This document shows, one piece after another, positions 51,937 through 57,362 of a DNA stretch of 57,362 bases. The first letter of the stretch is position 1; each line of letters opens with the position of its first letter. The notes beneath the pieces were generated by a model. It saw only the letters and a program-made list of their open reading frames with translations, was not told the DNA's origin and made no database searches. Made by a program: the position numbers and the translations under genes. Where the stretch lies: positions 1 to 57,362 of the forward strand of contig MQRK01230384.1 of NCBI GenBank assembly GCA_001938485.1, in the 5' to 3' direction. The DNA is from Girardia tigrina. Lineage: Eukaryota.

Positions 51937-52776
51937 AAAATTACACTTTTCGGAAATTTTTTTAAAGAGAAATCAAAAATCAAATTTTATTATGCATAAT
52001 AAAAAAGTAAATTTTTCTTTACATTTCGATAAAAAATTATTTCGTAATTTACTTCAACACTCTGAAGTGTCTAAAAATCTGATGGATCCTTTATATAATT
52101 TAATTATCATACAATAATTAAAGCAAAATAGGCGAAATTCCTTGACATCACTTATTAAAAATATGTTATAAGTATTTTAGATAAATTAAATCGTTTATTT
52201 TTCTTCTTTGAATGTCACCGCGTCTTAATTGACATAATTAAAAACATAATCATTATTAAATAATATAAATTCATATAATCATTAGAGTTTCCTTTTTTCG
52301 CATCGAAGAAAAGAATAAATATTTATCTTTATACTTTATTATTTGAGACATAATTGTTAAAATATAACAAGATTTGTCGACATTGATTTCTTTATACTCA
52401 AACAATTTTCAATTAATTTAAAAATAAAAAAAATAAATAAATAAAAAGCTTGTAAAAATAAGTAAATAAATTCAAATGACATTTCGGTAAATTTTATTTT
52501 ATTTTTACCACTTATTTATATATAAATTTTTGAACCGTTCTTGCTGTATTCAGTCACTTACATTTTAATAGACGTAAATTTCCGCCGATCAAAAATAGGG
52601 AGAAACGTGTTTACATTTCGACAAGAAGTAACAGAAATTTGTATTTGCCTTTAAAACAGGTGAAAAATTAATGTTAGAATCAGAGTAACGTGCTGTACAA
52701 AACATTAAATATGATTGAAGTAAGATTTATAAACTTTTATAAAAGTTCAATTTTATATTGAGATACTTTTAATATT

Positions 52777-55700
52777 TGTTAACATATGGAATCACTTAAT
52801 TTAGTTGTTAAAATGGAAATATAATATAAATATTTCTAATACTACGAAGAATGATAAAATTATTAAATATTTATTAATAGTAACACACAAATAAGAAGGA
52901 TAACTGGTAAAATTTATAAATGTTGCGCGAAAATATTCTTTTTTCTATGAAATATTCTTTTTATTCCCTTTAAGATTTATTCACCTTTTTACAACAAAAC
53001 GGCCTGCAAAAATTGTTTTTTAAAATGTTTCAGATATTTATAATTCTTGTTATAGTCTTAAATAAAAGATTAATAAGATGGGTTATAAATATTTATTAAC
53101 AAAAACAATGTTTAAATAGTAATATTTAAACAACATATAAATTTCTATTTTTAATAATTTCTTTTTTTTTATTCATTTTTTAATAATTATCATAAATGAT
53201 AATATAACATCCCCCTTTGGAAATCAACGATATTTTGGTGCTGGATTCCTGGTGCTTCTAATCGGGTATTTCGTCTTTTTGACAATTGATTCTTTCATGG
53301 ATATTAATGACGTACTTGATTCATAATCTATTGGTGCGTTTAATTCCCCGTTGTACTTTTTTAACTGATTATAATTTCTTCTCATTACTTTCTGTGATGT
53401 TTTATCTTGAAGAATATAAGTATACTTATTTAAAATCTTTTATATTCTATATAGTTCACTGTATATTGGTTTACCCAATCTTCTCTCTCCGTTTTCTTTA
53501 ACCAGTACTTTGTCTCCGATACTTAATTGCTTTTACCATGTGTTTCGATTATATATATATCAGCTGAGTAACCACAACCTGTTTTCATTTTGTCTATTAT
53601 CAATTTGTTTAGTTTTTCTTGTTCTCGTTTAAGCCACATCACGTAATCACTTATTGATCTTGTTGTACCATCATTGTTGGTTGTGTTTAAGACTATTGGC
53701 TTTCTACCATAAACAATTTCAAAAGGACTAAGGCCTGTTGTCTTTTGATTTGAACATCGTAGCCCAAACTCAACCACTGTTAAAATGTCAGACCAGTCAC
53801 CTGTCNNNNNNNNNNNNNNNNNNNNNNNNNNNNNNNNNNNNNNNNNNNNNNNNNNNNNNNNNNNNNNAACTAAACCATTTGATTGTGGGTAATAAGGTGA
53901 AGAGTTTGACTGTGTTATGTTCATACCTGAACAAAATCGTCGAAATTCCGTTGACGTAAAATACGAGGCATTATCTGAATGAATCTTTTCTGGTTTTCCA
54001 TATTTAGAGATCCATTTATTCCATAAGGACTTTATGATCGTACTCGAATCAATTTTCTTAATAGGAATTAAAGACAGATATTTTGAGAAGTAGTCAATGA
54101 TGCCTAGTACATAACGATGACCATCTTTAGTACAGCGAAAAGGACCACAAATATCTATTCCAATCATTTGAAATGGTTGGTTTACGAAAAAGCTCTGAAG
54201 AGGGGCTTTATCACGACCATTTTTTCCCTTCATTCTTGAACACGCTTCACATCTTGTTACGAAATTCTTTATATCTGTTGTCATATCTGGCCAATAAAAT
54301 TCAATTTTCATTGCATTTGAAGTTCTTTCAATTCCAACATGACCTAACAATTTATGCATTTTATGAATCATATTGAATCTGTCAGATTCCGGAACTATTA
54401 ATCTGTATGTATCTTTGTCTAATAAATAAAGTACATTTCCTCTAAGGCGTAAATCTGATAATTTAGATTACAAAGTTCTAAATCCTTTGTTTTCTTGAAC
54501 ATCTTTGTGTAGACTTTTTATATCTATTTCTTTTTTCAATATTTTGACAATCGATTTAATAATCACGTCTTTAAATTGATTGTCATCACTAATAAAAAGC
54601 TTGCATATCGTTTTTTCTATATTTGATTTATTTGAATCCTCATCGTTTAAAACTTTGACATTTCTTTTCTTAAGGGGTTCATTGTGTTTCAGTGTACATT
54701 GTTCACAGTAGCCTAACCCGGAAAGAGCATCGGCATTAACATGATCCTTTCCCTTCCGGTATTCTATAACCATATCGTAAACTTCCAGTTCAGATTTCCA
54801 TACACAAAATTGAGAAGTGTTTGGACTACCCCATTTAAGGAACCATTTTAAAGCTTCATGGTCAGTTCGAACTGTAAATTTTTGTCCTAATAAATAATGC
54901 TTAAATCTTAATACAAAAGTATAAATTGAAAAAAGCTCTTTTCTAGTAATGCAATATTTTCTTTGGCTTTTAGTCAATGTTTTTGACGCAAAAGCCACAA
55001 CTCTTTCTGAACCATTCTGAATTTGTGATANNNNNNNNNNNNNNNNNNNNNNNNNNNNNNNNNNNNNNNNNNNNNNNNNNNNNNNNNNNNNNNNNNNNNN
55101 NNNNNNNNNNNNNNNNNNNNNNNNNNNNNNNNNNNNNNNNNNNNNNNNNNNNNNNNNNNNNNNNNNNNNNNNNNNNNNNNNNNNNNNNNNNNNNNNNNNN
55201 NNNNNNNNNNNNNNNNNNNNNNNNNNNNNNNNNNNNNNNNNNNNNNNNNNNNNNNNNNNNNNNNNNNNNNNNNNNNNNNNNNNNNNNNNNNNNNNNNNNN
55301 NNNNNAGCATAATTCTTGATAAATCTCCTATAATAATTGCACAGGCCCAAAAAAGACTGCAACTCTTTAACACACATTGGTATATGCCACTGTTTAATTG
55401 CTGTTATTTTATCTGGATCTGTTCTTACTCAATCAGCATCAATAACATGACTCAGATAGAGTACTCTGGTCTTCAAAATGCAACACTTTTCTGGTGACAG
55501 TTTCAGACCAGCTTCTTTAATTCTCTGGAGTACTAAGCTTAATCGTTCATTATGTTCGTTTATGGTTCTTCCAAAAATCAGAACATCGTCTAAATATATT
55601 AGACACTTACTCCAATTCTCTCTTTGCAGAATTATATTCATCATTTTTTGGAAGGTGGCAGGAGTAGAGCATAGACCAAAAGGCATTCTTGTAAATTCGA

Positions 55701-57362
55701 ACTGTCCATGTTTGTTGTAAAGGCCGTTTTTTTTCATATCATCAGACTTAATAGGGATTTGATAATAACCACTAGACAAATCTAGCGTTGAAAAGTATTT
55801 GGCCTCTCCAATTGCATCAAATATTTCTTCACTTGCTGGAATAGGATAAATTGGGCGATCTGTTTTAGCATTTAAACCTCTATAATCCACACATAATCTT
55901 ATATCTTCGTTTTTCTTTTTTACGATTACGAGTGGAAAATTCCAAGGAAAATGACTCTGCTTTATTATTCCAGCATGTTCTAGCTCCTTTTCTTTAAAAT
56001 TTACCACTTCCTCCAAACCAATTGGTATTCTTCTAAGCTTAAAAGCTATAGGCTTAGCTTCTCCTGTATCAATTGTATGCTCTATAACATTGGTAAGACC
56101 CACATCTAACGAGTATTTGCTAAAAATATCTATATTTTTCTTTATGATATGCATTGTTTCATTTTTACACTTTCTGCAACGTCATCCATATTTTTCTCAA
56201 TAATATAACATATATCTGATAATCTAGATATTTCTCTATGTTTTGAAATCTCGGATAAACTGCATATACTTCTTTTAGTATTCTGATTTTTGTCATCTCT
56301 CCATTCTTCAGCATATCCAAGTACTGAACCCACATGTAGCGTTTTAGAACTTCCATCTGGCATATATAGCCGGACCCAGATGGAACCATCTTCCAGCGAT
56401 ACAATAGAGTTTCCAATTAATAAATTTTTATCCGCCATTTTTGCTTTGTCACCAGTAAAAATCATATCTATTTCGGACCTTGATAACTTCTGATTATTTT
56501 CATCTATTACTACTCCTCTAACCAGATATTATCGAGTTCCACATAACTGAACATTATCACATAAAATTACACGCATCATTAAGCAATTTTGAGTTCCTTC
56601 AGCACCCATCTCCGCATCCGAACTCTGAAATACGGTAGGGATTAGTTTAAAGTTGTTGCAGCTTTAGTAGCTGAAACAAATGGGACGATTATCTTATCTA
56701 TTTCAATAGAATCAATATCTGGTCTAATTATTATNNNNNNTTTTTTCATGCTTCGTAATCCGATAAACATATCTGGAGATATATCTGGCATAATATCAAA
56801 TACATGCTTGGTTAAAATTGGACCAACATTTACCGATAATTTTACCTTGCCTTTACAACTACCTACCTGACCATTAGCACATTTTACCTTTGTTTCTGAT
56901 GGATATATTTTATATTTTCTCGCTGAGATAGTTGTTTTGCAAAGTTCTCACTTACAACATTCAAATTTGCACCTGTATCAAACATAACATTAATCTTACT
57001 ATTTTGAACTGAACACTGAACTATCGGCTTATTTGCTAACGGCTGATTTTTTAATAGCGCTTCTTTGTAAAGTGGACGTTTCGGTTTCGTTGTTGTACCG
57101 TTAATGTAAGACACATATTGGTCGATTAGATCCGGTTTTTTCAGGGGTTTAGTTTTCGCCATTGAGTTAATTTGCCTTACATTATCTCTACTTACTTCTG
57201 AAATCGAATCTGAATTTTGGCCTTCCGATAACTCCGTTTCCTATAACAACTTAACAGATTTAAGGTTTGGGCAATTTGTTTTCTTGTGGTTACCACCACA
57301 TTCGTAGCAAATTATAGCTTTGCAAAAACGTTTGATGTGTCCAACTTTATTACATCTAAAAC
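52777..57362 (-). mobile_element. Gypsy LTR retrotransposon of a different family, running off the window end (gag knuckles, PR, RT, RNaseH, IN, 3' LTR about 52777-53209)
   Basis: CYECGGNHKKTNC, FDTGA, LCVDYR, YLDD, RTDHEAL, HKLLGHVG, IHSDNA, YYPQSNGLV; PPT AAAGGGGGA then TGTT at 53209. Left LTR boundary is tentative. Confidence 0.95.

Noticed and set aside
56150-56700. Extra about 200-codon region between protease and RT in the last gypsy element
   Set aside because: Such spacers are common in gypsy pol and I see no diagnostic motif (e.g. dUTPase) to support an added domain.

Overview
Very AT-rich eukaryotic (animal) genomic scaffold with N gaps. A flatworm/planarian origin is my inference from the transposon spectrum and cadherin style, not something proven here. 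The only clearly intact host coding sequence is two exons of a + strand protocadherin-type gene (24284-24707 and 33368-33561). Nearly everything else is transposon debris: a full-length decayed Ty3/gypsy element (606-5720), several other gypsy elements and fragments, about six related solo LTRs, five mariner copies, Tc1-like, Merlin, MULE, hAT/Charlie and pogo-like remnants, a decayed 28S rDNA fragment and decayed gene fragments. The most notable signals are absent from the ORF track: (i) three Penelope-like 3' ends (two with a clear GIY-YIG tail, one weak), each carrying a minimal type I hammerhead ribozyme motif, of which one has an intact core and two are decayed; (ii) a hAT remnant containing filler copied from two nearby loci; (iii) a back-to-back fusion of two paralogous gypsy pol halves; (iv) a mosaic of apparently unrelated gene fragments including a BTB domain. 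I cannot support a wholly new biological system from this sequence alone. All translations and alignments were done by eye.
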